A DNA stretch of 60,564 bases, counting the filler. It is 6 parts of 6 records of this genome, joined end to end, with 100 filler letters (N's around TTAATTAATTAA, not from the genome) between each part and the next. Parts side by side here need not be neighbours in the genome. Positions count along the whole stretch, not along the records: positions 37,023 to 50,513 come from SRR31156797_39090; positions 50,614 to 60,564 come from SRR31156797_39102; 4 more parts are not named here. One strand, given 5' to 3'. The stretch's first letter is position 1. Every line of letters begins with the position of its first letter. Below are positions 45,834 through 55,851 of the stretch, in pieces. The notes below the pieces were generated by a model. That model was given only the letters and a program-made list of their open reading frames with translations, had not been told where the DNA came from and did not search any database. The position numbers and the translations under genes were made by a program.

Positions 45834-46357
45834 TCGGGCACGATGGTGTTGTTGACGCTGACGAACTCACGGGTTATGACCCTGGTGGCGTCTTCTATCA
45901 GCTGAGTCTGGTCCCTTCCGGGCGCGTCATTCATCACGGCGATCTTATAGACGGGAGAACTTTTTTTCAGGGAGCCCCCCGCAAACTCGGCTTCCCGGTC
46001 CAGGGCGACATCCTTCTTCAGACTGAGCCTGTCTTCCATCAGCTTCTCGGGCACCTCCCGGCGCAGGCCGACGCTGGCATATATGACCTGGCGGCTGCCG
46101 TCCTCCAGGGCGGGGCCTACCCCCAAGATGGAGCCTGAGTAGGTCAGGATGACGAATGCCCGCTTTTCCGATTTGGAAAGAGAGGACTCGAGGGTCATGT
46201 GATGGGATTCGAGCTGTTTCATAAAGATCTTCTCTTTTTTCAGCCAGCCCTTTTTCAGATCCTTCAGAAAGGACTCGGGATCGTCCGAGGTCTTTCGGGC
46301 GAGAAGCTGAAGATGATTCAGTACTTCGGGGTTCATATCATTGTTGAAGAAAGCCAT
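45830..46357 (-). CDS. Hypothetical protein, first gene of the kinase operon
   Basis: RBS AAGGAG, 175 aa, with the stop overlapping the phosphoesterase start. Confidence 0.7.
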   Translation of the reverse strand: MAFFNNDMNPEVLNHLQLLARKTSDDPESFLKDLKKGWLKKEKIFMKQLESHHMTLESSLSKSEKRAFVILTYSGSILGVGPALEDGSRQVIYASVGLRREVPEKLMEDRLSLKKDVALDREAEFAGGSLKKSSPVYKIAVMNDAPGRDQTQLIEDATRVITREFVSVNNTIVPE

Positions 46358-46414
46358 GAAGTCGCTCCTTGTGCAGATTGAAAACAGATCACCAGATATA
46401 ATATAATCACCGGA

Positions 46415-47092
46415 ATGAATAATATCAGAGTGTTTATCCTCTTTTCTTATATTTTAATATCCCCGCTCCCCCTCTTTCCAGAGGATCTTTCAAACGGATT
46501 GAAGATCGCCTGCGTGGGAGACAGCCTCACCCATGGTTACGGACTGAGAAACAGGCAGAAGGACTCCTATCCCTCCCAGACCGCCGCCCTGCTCCCGCGG
46601 GGCTGGGAGGTCAGGAACTTCGGAATCAACGGCGCCTGCGCCACGGCGAATCACAATGACTTCTACCTCAACAACGACCTGGAAGAACTGGTCGGCTGGG
46701 AAGCGGACATTATCATTCTGATGCTCGGGAGCAACGACTCCAAAGACTCTATCTGGGAGTCTCGTCTCTCCTATAATAAGGGGATGGAAAGAATTCTCAA
46801 TAGGATAAAAGGCATAAAAACCCGGGTGCTCCTGTTGACGCCTCCCCCCTGCCATATCAATTTCTTCGGTATACATGACCAAAGGATACGGGAGGATATC
46901 ATTCCCGCTCTGAGACTTTTTTCGGAGAGAGAGGGCTATCCCCTTCTTGAGACGAGAGATCTGTTCCTGGAGGAAGAGGGGATCTTTCTGGATAACATCC
47001 ATATGAACGCCAAGGGCTATGGCATACTGAGCCGTTTCCTGGCCGACGCAATTCTGGAGATGGCCGCCACGGGCCCTTTCAGCCGAGGCTGA
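46415..47092 (+). CDS. GDSL/SGNH esterase
   Basis: GDSLT, NFGING, LGSND and DNIH blocks, with a signal-like N-terminus. Confidence 0.85.
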   Translation: MNNIRVFILFSYILISPLPLFPEDLSNGLKIACVGDSLTHGYGLRNRQKDSYPSQTAALLPRGWEVRNFGINGACATANHNDFYLNNDLEELVGWEADIIILMLGSNDSKDSIWESRLSYNKGMERILNRIKGIKTRVLLLTPPPCHINFFGIHDQRIREDIIPALRLFSEREGYPLLETRDLFLEEEGIFLDNIHMNAKGYGILSRFLADAILEMAATGPFSRG

Positions 47093-48602
47093 CCGAGAAC
47101 TCTTTCCCCAGAATCTTCCTTCTGTACTCGATGAACTCCGATTCGTTCAGGGAAGCGGAGAAATAGAAGCCCTGGAACGAACGGCAGCCCATTCCGACGA
47201 GGCTTCTCAACTGCTCCAGGCTCTCCACCCCTTCCACGATCAGATCCAGATCCAGTTCGCTGATAAAGTAAAGGATGCCCTTGAGGATGGACTGGTCCAG
47301 GTCGCTGTTATGGATTTTGTTCACGAAGGACTTGTCTATTTTCACCGTGTTAACCGGCAGTTCCTTCAGGTAGTTAAGGGAGGAGTAACCCGTTCCGAAA
47401 TCGTCCAGGGAGATATCGAAACCCGCCTCCCTTAGCTGGTTGAGCTTATTGATGGCGTTCACGGGATTGTCGATCAGGCTGTTTTCCGTCAGCTCCAGTT
47501 TCAGATCGCTGGGATCAATATCGTAGGTGTCGATCATCCTCTTGCAGTTTTCCACCAGATCGGGATTGTAAAACTGTCTGGGAGAGACGTTGACGGAGAT
47601 CTGAATGTCCTTGTGGCTGCGGTTCCGCCAGTTCTGCAGCTGCCTCGCCGCGCTGAACAGAACCCAGTTTCCCAGCGGGATGATCAGTCCCGTCTCCTCC
47701 GCCAGGGGGATGAAGTCATCCGGTTTGATCCAGCCCTTTTCGGGATGGTTCCAGCGGATAAGCGATTCGGCTTTCACGTCGGTCACCCGGAAGTTGTTAT
47801 GCCCTACCTCGATGGTCAGTATGGGCTGATAGAAGAGGAAAAACTGCTTGTCTATCTCCTTGATAGCCTGCTTCTCCAGGGCCTTGATAATGCTGTTCTG
47901 GAGCTCCATTTTCTGAACGACCAGATTGCTGATCTCCTCGGTGAAGATGGTGTAGTTCATCTTCTGCCTGACCGCGTAGCTCAGGGCTATATCCGAATTA
48001 TGAAGAAGGGTGTTTCTGTCCAGACCGTGCTTGGGGAACAGGGAGACGCCGCAGTTGGAGTCGATGGATATATTGTATCCGGAAAAGATATGGGGACGCT
48101 TGAGCTCTTCGTTGAGCAGCTGCAGGAACATATGGAGCCTGCTCTCTTCGCTTATGTTCTGGTAAACGATAAGAAACTCGTCCTCCCTGGTATGGTAGAC
48201 GATGTTCTCCATCCCGCTCAGTTCCGTCAGCCGCACCCCGATCTGATAGAGGACCCATTCGCTGATGGAAGGCTTCAGAGCCTTGTTAATGGATTCGAAG
48301 TTTTCGTTGAGTTTTACAAGGATGAAGGCGATGGGAGACATCTCGTCTTCATCGTGTCTTTTTTCCAGAAGATTGTTTATATCTTCATTCGCCTTAACAT
48401 GATTGGGCAGCCCCGTCTTATGATTGAGAACAACCCGCCGCTGCAGATCGGAGTTCTGTTTTTTCACATTGTTCAGTTCCAGAGCCAACTCACCGACCTG
48501 GGTGATCAACGATTCCCGCTCATCTTCCAGGGCTTGGACAAGAGACTTAAGTTCTTCGTTTGTCAAATCATTCAGCTTGTTAATACTCAGGTCATCCATC
48601 AA
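47079..48602 (-). CDS. Degenerate GGDEF plus EAL protein, probable c-di-GMP phosphodiesterase
   Basis: N-terminal coiled coil, TGLPN, GGDEF degenerate to REDEF, and EAL domain with ESLIRW, ELTE, DDFGTGYSS, KIDKSF, EGVE and QG. Confidence 0.85.
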   Translation of the reverse strand: MMDDLSINKLNDLTNEELKSLVQALEDERESLITQVGELALELNNVKKQNSDLQRRVVLNHKTGLPNHVKANEDINNLLEKRHDEDEMSPIAFILVKLNENFESINKALKPSISEWVLYQIGVRLTELSGMENIVYHTREDEFLIVYQNISEESRLHMFLQLLNEELKRPHIFSGYNISIDSNCGVSLFPKHGLDRNTLLHNSDIALSYAVRQKMNYTIFTEEISNLVVQKMELQNSIIKALEKQAIKEIDKQFFLFYQPILTIEVGHNNFRVTDVKAESLIRWNHPEKGWIKPDDFIPLAEETGLIIPLGNWVLFSAARQLQNWRNRSHKDIQISVNVSPRQFYNPDLVENCKRMIDTYDIDPSDLKLELTENSLIDNPVNAINKLNQLREAGFDISLDDFGTGYSSLNYLKELPVNTVKIDKSFVNKIHNSDLDQSILKGILYFISELDLDLIVEGVESLEQLRSLVGMGCRSFQGFYFSASLNESEFIEYRRKILGKEFSVSLG

Positions 48603-48844
48603 CTAAGATCCATAACTGTAAATACGCAGTATAATTCGTTTAAAAGAATACATGTAAAAGAATACATGGAAGGACCGATATAATCAAACCTATAAAAAAA
48701 AAAGTGATTATGCCGCGACTCGCCCCGGACTCCTCTCTTTTCTACTCCGCTCACCCTTAAGGGGGAGCTCTGATTTATGATTTTTTTCATTAAAATCATA
48801 AAATATGCCAATTCTTTATTTCAGGGCTGTGATATAAAGAGGGC

Positions 48845-49798
48845 ATGCTTTTCGTCGTTCTCATACTTGCCGTAACACTGGATCTCATCCTCGGAGAACC
48901 GCCCTCAACCCTCCACCCCACCGTATGGATGGGGAAGCAGATCGGTATAATGGAAGGGATCTCTCAAAGGTTTTTCCATCGCCGCAGACCCTTTGAATTT
49001 ATGTGGGGATGTTTCATCATTCTAAGCGGAGCCGCGTTCTGGGGCGGACTTCTGTATCTGGCGGATCTCGCCCTGGATTCCAGATTCTGGCTGTCTCTTC
49101 TTCTGGCACCGTTTCTGTTGAAGGTCAGCTTCTCGCTCCGATACCTCCTGTTCAGCGGCAGGGAGATCAGGGACGCCCTTAAGCGGGGCGACCTGCTCGA
49201 AGCCAGGCGGCTGACCTCCTGGCATCTGGTCAGCCGCGATACAGCCGCCCTCGATGAGGGGGAGATCGCATCCTGTGTGATCGAATCCCTCTCCGAGAAT
49301 ATCACAGACAGCTTTACGTCCCCCCTGTTCTACTATCTGGTCGCCGGACTTCCCGGGGCCTGGTGCTACCGCTTCATCAATACCTCCGACGCCATGATAG
49401 CCTACAGGACGGATGAGCTGGAGTGGCTCGGCAAATTCACGGCCTGGTCAGACAGCCTGCTGAACCTGATCCCCGCAAGGCTGACCGGCCTGATGATCTG
49501 CGCCGCCGCTTTCCTCTGCCCCGGCGCATCGGGGCGGAACGCCTGGAGGGTTATGCGGCGGGACCGGAAGCAGACCGCCAGCCCCAACGCCGGCTGGACC
49601 ATGGCCGCCATGGCGGGGGCCGTGTCATCCCGCCTGGAAAAAAAAGGGTGTTATGTCCTGGGGGCGGGGATGGATCTTCCGTCATCGAACAGGATTGAAC
49701 TCTGCCTGAGGATCTGCGCCGTCGCTCTACTGCTGACTCTGGGACTGCTCGTATCGATTTTCGGAGGTGGCCGATGGGCTCTGAACACGGCGGTCTGA
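48845..49798 (+). CDS. cbiB: Adenosylcobinamide-phosphate synthase CbiB
   Basis: GEPP..HPTVWMG, LVSRDT, ESLSEN, YRFINTSDAMI, PARLT and SPNAGW. Confidence 0.9.
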   Translation: MLFVVLILAVTLDLILGEPPSTLHPTVWMGKQIGIMEGISQRFFHRRRPFEFMWGCFIILSGAAFWGGLLYLADLALDSRFWLSLLLAPFLLKVSFSLRYLLFSGREIRDALKRGDLLEARRLTSWHLVSRDTAALDEGEIASCVIESLSENITDSFTSPLFYYLVAGLPGAWCYRFINTSDAMIAYRTDELEWLGKFTAWSDSLLNLIPARLTGLMICAAAFLCPGASGRNAWRVMRRDRKQTASPNAGWTMAAMAGAVSSRLEKKGCYVLGAGMDLPSSNRIELCLRICAVALLLTLGLLVSIFGGGRWALNTAV

Positions 49799-50513
49799 AT
49801 TACAGGGACCTGAGAGAGAGGGGGATTAACCCCGACGACGTTACCGATTTCAGCGTCAGCGTCAATCCCGAGCCCCTGCCCGAGGCTGTGCTGAGGGCCG
49901 TGAAGGGCTCCAGGATCACGCGCTACCCCGATACGGACTCCAGCCTCTTGCGCGAGATCATCGGCGCCTACTACGCCGTGCCCGAGGATCGTATCCTGAT
50001 CGTCAACGGGACCTCCCAGGGGATGTTTCTGATAGTCTCCGCCCTGCTCCCCCCAGGCGGCAAGTCGACGATCGTGGGGCCCAGCTACGGCGAATACAGG
50101 GACGCCTGCCGCCTGAAGACTGACCGGATCCATGAGATCCGCATGAGCCGGGACGATGGCTTCGCCTTTCCCGTGGAGGAGATACTCGGTCACCTGTCTG
50201 AAGAGAGGCCCCGTCTGCTCTGGATCTGCTCGCCCAACAACCCCACAGGCTCCTGGCTGGACGAGGCCTCCTTCGAGAGGATCCACAGGGCATGCGTGGA
50301 GTCTGGGACCCTTCTCATTATGGACGAGGCCTATGCCTGCTTCGTGGACGACCGGATGAGGTATGACTCCCTGAAGGACGGAGTCGTCCTGATGAGATCC
50401 ATGACCAAGGATTTCAGCATACCGGGACTGAGGCTGGGCTACCTGATGGGCGATCCTCATCTGATCGACCGCATCAGGCGCTGGCAGCCGGACTGGAGCG
50501 TCAGCGCCCCCGC
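49774..50513 (+). CDS. cobD: PLP-dependent L-threonine-O-3-phosphate decarboxylase (CobD-like), 3'-truncated
   Basis: HGG, DFSVSVNP, RYPD, NGTS, PNNPTG, DEAY and RSMTKDFSIPGLRLGY. Overlaps cbiB. Confidence 0.8.
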
Positions 50514-50613
50514 NNNNNNNNNNNNNNNNNNNNNNNNNNNNNNNNNNNNNNNNNNNNTTAATTAATTAANNNNNNNNNNNNNNNNNNNNNNNNNNNNNNN
50601 NNNNNNNNNNNNN
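50514..50613. other. Artificial contig spacer
   Basis: N44-TTAATTAATTAA-N44. Confidence 0.99.
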
Positions 50614-50834
50614 TGGTGGATTTTAAAATTTCCATGACCCTAAGGCTTTAATCTGGTGGGATTTTCTTAACCTTGATGCCAGGGCAAGCCCTGCAATAAG
50701 GGAAATGATTTATTTTGTACTCAATGATTTTTTTTTGTTGGTTGGTTTAACCCTGTGTTAACCCGGCATGGGGTAAAAGCGTTTATTCGAAGACCAAGTT
50801 TTAATCTTAACCTTAAAATAAAAAGGAGAACACT

Positions 50835-51830
50835 TTGACACTAAAACGGTTAAACAGATTAATTGTAATTTCTGCAGTACTTGGGTTAATTACCACCTGC
50901 GCCCTGGCCGCCGAAGAGACACAAACCATGGAAGAAATACCCCTGGGGTTTTCCGGGACTCTTTTTATGGGCGGGGTCTATTCTAATGGCGACCTTTCCC
51001 TGGAAGACGCATCCGAAGACGATAATAAAACCATCTCATCTTTAGGGCAGTCTCCCAAGAGCAGCTCCGGCGGCGAATTTATCCTGGGCGGGGAGTTAAA
51101 CTATCTTTTCTCCACCGGAACCATGGTCAGCCTGTTGGCCGGAGGCGATAGTGCAATGAATATGGAAGGCGGTTTCGGCCTGGGGATTTCCCAGTATGCC
51201 GGGGAGATTGGGACCTTTTCCCTGTCCGGATATTATTCTGATAAAGATGTCTGGGCCGATCCCTTTGTCACCGGTGCTGACCGGTCAAAAACCGACCACC
51301 AAACCATTGGAATGCTCATCTCCTGGGACGAGGTTATGGAAACGGATTTTTCCCTCCGTTACGGATATGAGGACGTGAATGTGGACAATGATATTTCCGG
51401 GAAAAGGGACAATCTGCTCAATCGGAACGGAAACATCCACCACTTTGGAATTGACTATGGTCTGTTCAGCAACGGTACCCATGAAATGTCAACCGGTCTC
51501 ATCGGGGAGATCGGAGACATGGATGGAAAAGCATACGCGTTTAAGGGCGGCGAACTCGGCCTTTCCCATATACTTCACGGCAACAATTGGGAACTTGAAA
51601 CCGGTATCGCTATAGGAAAACGGAATTACGACGAAATTCATCCCCATTTCGGAAAGAAAAGGGAAGATATCCGGTATGGCATTGAAACGGCCTACACCCT
51701 TTATAATCTCTTTGGTCTGGAAAACTACTTTGTCAGTCTTTTTGCCGGATACGATAAGGTGGATTCTAATATCGGATTTTATGACCAGTCCGTATGGACA
51801 GCGGGTGCAGGTGTCGGCCTGAGGTTCTAA
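50835..51830 (+). CDS. Outer-membrane beta-barrel protein (DUF2860-like)
   Basis: TTG start behind AAGGAG, signal peptide, VWADPFVTGADRSKT, SNIGFYD, alternating beta pattern and terminal Phe. Confidence 0.72.
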   Translation: MTLKRLNRLIVISAVLGLITTCALAAEETQTMEEIPLGFSGTLFMGGVYSNGDLSLEDASEDDNKTISSLGQSPKSSSGGEFILGGELNYLFSTGTMVSLLAGGDSAMNMEGGFGLGISQYAGEIGTFSLSGYYSDKDVWADPFVTGADRSKTDHQTIGMLISWDEVMETDFSLRYGYEDVNVDNDISGKRDNLLNRNGNIHHFGIDYGLFSNGTHEMSTGLIGEIGDMDGKAYAFKGGELGLSHILHGNNWELETGIAIGKRNYDEIHPHFGKKREDIRYGIETAYTLYNLFGLENYFVSLFAGYDKVDSNIGFYDQSVWTAGAGVGLRF

Positions 51831-51840
51831 CTTGTGCTTT

Positions 51841-51888
51841 AGAGCCCCGTGATTTTATCCGGTTCCCATGGATTTTCACGGGGCTTTT
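51841..51888 (+). terminator. Terminator-like hairpin
   Basis: AGAGCCCCGTGA...TCACGGGGCTTTT between convergent genes. Confidence 0.6.
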
Positions 51889-52078
51889 CTATACCATTGC
51901 ACCAAATTTTATACGTAAGATTACACTTGATATTTTTAGGATTAAAATTTTAATCCAACGCTCCGCTGCTCCGCTGCCGAGATTGGCTGAAATGGGGCAT
52001 TTTGGAACCGGCTCTTTTTTTGAAAACCAGACAATAGTACAATCTACCGTCCCCGTCTGCTATGGGTTCCGGCCGGCT

Positions 52079-53002
52079 TCAGCGGCAGGCAGGCTCGCTG
52101 CAGACAACTTTGTTACGGCCGTTCTGTTTGGCATGATAAAGATTCTGATCGGCCTGAACCAGCATGGTCAATGGATCCGAACTGCTGTTAAGACAGACGG
52201 TAACCACACCGATACTGATGGTAACATGATCCGCAACTTTGGAGTAGTCATGGGGGATACCAAGATCTGCTATGGACTGCCTGGCTCTCTCGGCAAGGGA
52301 TGCTGCAGCTTGGCCATCAGTCTCCGGAAGGACCAGTACAAACTCCTCCCCTCCATATCTGGCAGCAAGGTCAGCCGGGCGCTTGACGACCCCCTGGAGG
52401 GCTTTTGCAATGGCCTGTAAAGCCCAATCCCCAGTTGCATGGCCGTAATGATCATTATACTGCTTGAAAAAATCCACGTCCACCATGGCCAGGGAGAGCG
52501 GGGTTCCGTTCCTGGCCGCCCTGGAACTCTCATTTTTGAACACCTCTTCGAACCGGCGGCGATTGGGTATTTCCGTTAAACCGTCAAGGTAGGCCAACTG
52601 GTCCAGAAGTTTATGCTGGTGGATAAAGCGCAGATGGTTACGCACCCGCATTTGAACAATGGGCGGTGAAAAAGGCTTAGTGATATAGTCCACGGCCCCC
52701 AGTCTAAGCCCAAGCTCCTCATCCTCAATAGAATCAAGGGCCGTTACGAAGATCACCGGTACATCCTTTGTTTTTTTATCCTCCTTAAGGAGCTTGATCA
52801 CCTCATAGCCCCCCATATCCGGCATCATCACATCCAGCAGGATCAAATCGGGTGCCGTATTGTCATAAATATGAGTTAATGCCTTGGCACCGCTCCTGGC
52901 CAGAATCAGGGTGTACTCATCCTTAAGTACATCGGCCAGCACCTTCAGATTCATTTTCTCATCATCCACGATTAGAATCCGTGCCCGCTTTTCCTTGATC
53001 AT
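52079..53002 (-). CDS. Response regulator diguanylate cyclase (REC-GGDEF)
   Basis: ILIVDD, LILLDVMMP and KPF, then DGLTEIPNRR, DVDFFKQYND, I-site RPAD and intact RYGGEEF. Confidence 0.92.
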   Translation of the reverse strand: MIKEKRARILIVDDEKMNLKVLADVLKDEYTLILARSGAKALTHIYDNTAPDLILLDVMMPDMGGYEVIKLLKEDKKTKDVPVIFVTALDSIEDEELGLRLGAVDYITKPFSPPIVQMRVRNHLRFIHQHKLLDQLAYLDGLTEIPNRRRFEEVFKNESSRAARNGTPLSLAMVDVDFFKQYNDHYGHATGDWALQAIAKALQGVVKRPADLAARYGGEEFVLVLPETDGQAAASLAERARQSIADLGIPHDYSKVADHVTISIGVVTVCLNSSSDPLTMLVQADQNLYHAKQNGRNKVVCSEPACR

Positions 53003-55851
53003 GCCCCCCCCATCTTATCCCGGTTAAGTGTTTCCATTAGCCCACCTGCCACATCCGCAGCAGCGCCATATTCAATATCATCAATAAGTTCCCGGATACC
53101 GGTAAGGGCGTCATCAAGGCCCCGGCCTTCCAGCAGCGCCTCAACGTTCTCAAACAGCTCCTCAACAACATAGTCTCCCAGGTGGAGGTGATCAATTAAA
53201 TTTTGAAGTTCTGGGACCACGCCATGGAGATCAAGATCCCCGGCTTCGAAATCGTCCTGGCGGTTTTTTGCCTTGACCGTATTGGAAGAAAGACCGGCCA
53301 GGGAGGAGAGTACCTCCTCCAGCGCCTCGACAAAGGGTTGAAACAGATCAAGTCCTTTACCGTCATCTCCCCTTTTTAAGGCATCTTCCAGGTCGTTTGC
53401 CGTCTGGAAGAGACGGCGGGCTCCCATATAGCCTGAGACCCCTTTCACTCCATGAGCCCTGGTCTGGATATCGGACCAGGCGCTGTCCCGTGAGAGCTGT
53501 TTCAACACTGACGGATAGGAGGCATAATCGTTTTTAAAATCCATCAGCATTTTTAAAAAAAGCCTGCTGTTATTGTTGAGCCTTCTAAGGGCCTCAGACG
53601 GATCTATGCCGGGCAGCGGAGGCAGGTTCAGAGGCTCTTCTTTTTTTAAGAAATTTGAAACAGGCTCCGGCTCTTCTATAGATCCTTCCGGATGCTTATC
53701 CGGAATCAGGTTCTTTAGCACCTGGTAAAGGACAACAGGATCCACAGGTTTGTTAATATGATCGTTCATACCTGCTGCCAGGCTCTTTTCCCGGTCTCCT
53801 GCCATGGCATGGGCAGTCATGGCGACAATGGGCAGCGCTTTGAACGCCTCTTGACGGCGGATCAGGCGGGTGGCCTCAAGGCCGTCCATGCCGGGCATCT
53901 GGATGTCCATGAGTACAAGGTCAAAGCGGCTTTGTTCCAGGGCCTCCAGGCTCTCCTGGCCGGAGGAGGCAATCTCCACCACCATGCCCACATCATGGAG
54001 AAATCCGGTAGCAACCTCCTGGTTAATGGTATTATCATCCACCAGCAGGATACGGGCACCTCGAATCGTGTTAAGCCCTTTTATGGTCTGAATGTCTTTG
54101 ACGATCGTCCTGGGACCTGACACCTTTTCAATCCCAAAAAGCTGAAGCAGGGTATTATACATCACAGAAGCATAGACCGGCTTTAACAAAAAAGCATCCA
54201 CCCCCACCCTTTTGGCCTCAACCCTTGCCTCCTCCCTTCCGTTGGCCGTTACCATAAGCATGGCCGGTATCTTTGCCATGGCAGTATTGGCCTTGATACG
54301 CCTGGCTGTCTCGATGCCGTCGATTCCAGGCATCACCCAATCCAGCAACACTACGTCATAGGGACTGTTTCGGGTAACAGCCGCATCAAGGAGATCAAGG
54401 GCGGATTTACCGTCAACAGCCGTATCAACCGTCATATTCAGGGAGTTCAGCATGCTGCCCAGAACATCCCGGGCAGCCCGGTTATCATCCACGACCAACG
54501 CCCTGAGACCCCGGAGAACTTCCGGAGATTTTTTACCCCGCTTCCTGACCTCACTGGAGAGTCCGAAACGACAAGTAAAAATAAAGTTTGACCCCTTTGC
54601 CGGGATGCTTTCCACCCAGATCTTCCCCTCCATCATCCCGGTCAGCTGTTTACAGATGGCCAGACCCAGTCCTGTACCTCCATACTTGCGGGTGGTGGTA
54701 TCATCGGCCTGGCTGAATGCTTTAAACAGCAAAGAGACCTGTTCAGGCTTTAATCCGATGCCGGTGTCTTGAACTGAGAATCGAAGGACAACCCCGTTAT
54801 CTTCCTCCTCCTCCACGTTTACGGATATGACAATCTCACCCCTGGATGTGAACTTGACGGCGTTTCCGACCAAATTCATCAGAACCTGACCCAGGCGCAG
54901 GGGATCGCCTTTGAGATTATAGGGCACCCGGGGATCAATCCTAAAAAGAAACTCCAGTTTTTTCTCTTCAGCATCAATACCCACGGCATTGGCAATATTG
55001 GCCAGGACATCTTCAAGATTAAAGGGAATCGACTCCAGTTCCATCTTGCCTGCATCAATTTTTGAAAAATCAAGGATATCATTGATGAGCCTGAGCAGGG
55101 TGTTGGCTGACCCGATAACTTTGTCAACATAGTTATGCTGTTTTGCCGTAAGCTGGGTTTTCTGCATCAGGTAGCTCATCCCGATAATGCCGTTCATCGG
55201 GGTCCTGATTTCATGGCTCATCCGGGCCAGAAAATCCCCTTTGGAGGCATTGGCCGCCTCTGCAAACTCCTTGGCTTTGGTCAGCTCCACTTCCATCTTC
55301 TTATGTGCGGTCATGTCCATGGCGGTAAAAAGATAGCCGATCATCCTGCCTGCAGCATCGCAAATCCCTGTAATGGAAAGGCTGACCGAAAGCTGGGTAC
55401 CGTCTTTACAGATATAAATCCACTCCCTGGCACGGGTTAGCTTCTGTTTCACGTACTGGTCAAACACCTTCATGTCCGAGAGACGGGACTTTACAATACC
55501 GCTGACTTCGGCACCGTAATGTTCCAACTCTTTTTCCAGATGCAGGGAGAGGATATTCTGCCTGCCGACCATATCATGGTCACTATAGCCCAATAAGTTA
55601 GCAGCACCCCTGCTGAAAAGCTGAATATTGCCCTCAAGGTCGGTGGCAATGATGGAGAGCTGGGTTGCAGCATCCAGGACAGCCTGACGTTCGGAATCCG
55701 CGCTTTGAAACCGCCGCAGCATCTGCTCTGTTTCTTCAAACTGGCTGACAACAAAAGCCGCCGTGATGTCGGCCGCCTCCCGGGCTACTTTGATCTCCTG
55801 GCGCAGCATCCGGTTCTCTGCCACCAGAGCCTCATATTTTTCGTCCGTCAT
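52999..55851 (-). CDS. Soluble hybrid histidine kinase (coiled coil-PAS-HisKA-HATPase-REC-REC-Hpt)
   Basis: No TM segment. PAS (IIATDLEGNI...LLGYS), MSHEIRTPMN, NAVKFT, DTGIG, GGTGLGL, two receivers (DWVMP, DIQMP) and Hpt HGVKGVS. Confidence 0.92.
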   Translation of the reverse strand: MTDEKYEALVAENRMLRQEIKVAREAADITAAFVVSQFEETEQMLRRFQSADSERQAVLDAATQLSIIATDLEGNIQLFSRGAANLLGYSDHDMVGRQNILSLHLEKELEHYGAEVSGIVKSRLSDMKVFDQYVKQKLTRAREWIYICKDGTQLSVSLSITGICDAAGRMIGYLFTAMDMTAHKKMEVELTKAKEFAEAANASKGDFLARMSHEIRTPMNGIIGMSYLMQKTQLTAKQHNYVDKVIGSANTLLRLINDILDFSKIDAGKMELESIPFNLEDVLANIANAVGIDAEEKKLEFLFRIDPRVPYNLKGDPLRLGQVLMNLVGNAVKFTSRGEIVISVNVEEEEDNGVVLRFSVQDTGIGLKPEQVSLLFKAFSQADDTTTRKYGGTGLGLAICKQLTGMMEGKIWVESIPAKGSNFIFTCRFGLSSEVRKRGKKSPEVLRGLRALVVDDNRAARDVLGSMLNSLNMTVDTAVDGKSALDLLDAAVTRNSPYDVVLLDWVMPGIDGIETARRIKANTAMAKIPAMLMVTANGREEARVEAKRVGVDAFLLKPVYASVMYNTLLQLFGIEKVSGPRTIVKDIQTIKGLNTIRGARILLVDDNTINQEVATGFLHDVGMVVEIASSGQESLEALEQSRFDLVLMDIQMPGMDGLEATRLIRRQEAFKALPIVAMTAHAMAGDREKSLAAGMNDHINKPVDPVVLYQVLKNLIPDKHPEGSIEEPEPVSNFLKKEEPLNLPPLPGIDPSEALRRLNNNSRLFLKMLMDFKNDYASYPSVLKQLSRDSAWSDIQTRAHGVKGVSGYMGARRLFQTANDLEDALKRGDDGKGLDLFQPFVEALEEVLSSLAGLSSNTVKAKNRQDDFEAGDLDLHGVVPELQNLIDHLHLGDYVVEELFENVEALLEGRGLDDALTGIRELIDDIEYGAAADVAGGLMETLNRDKMGGA

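Noticed and set aside
48603-48844. Cobalamin riboswitch upstream of cbiB
   Set aside because: No B12-box or GGGAA/GCCACTG core visible.
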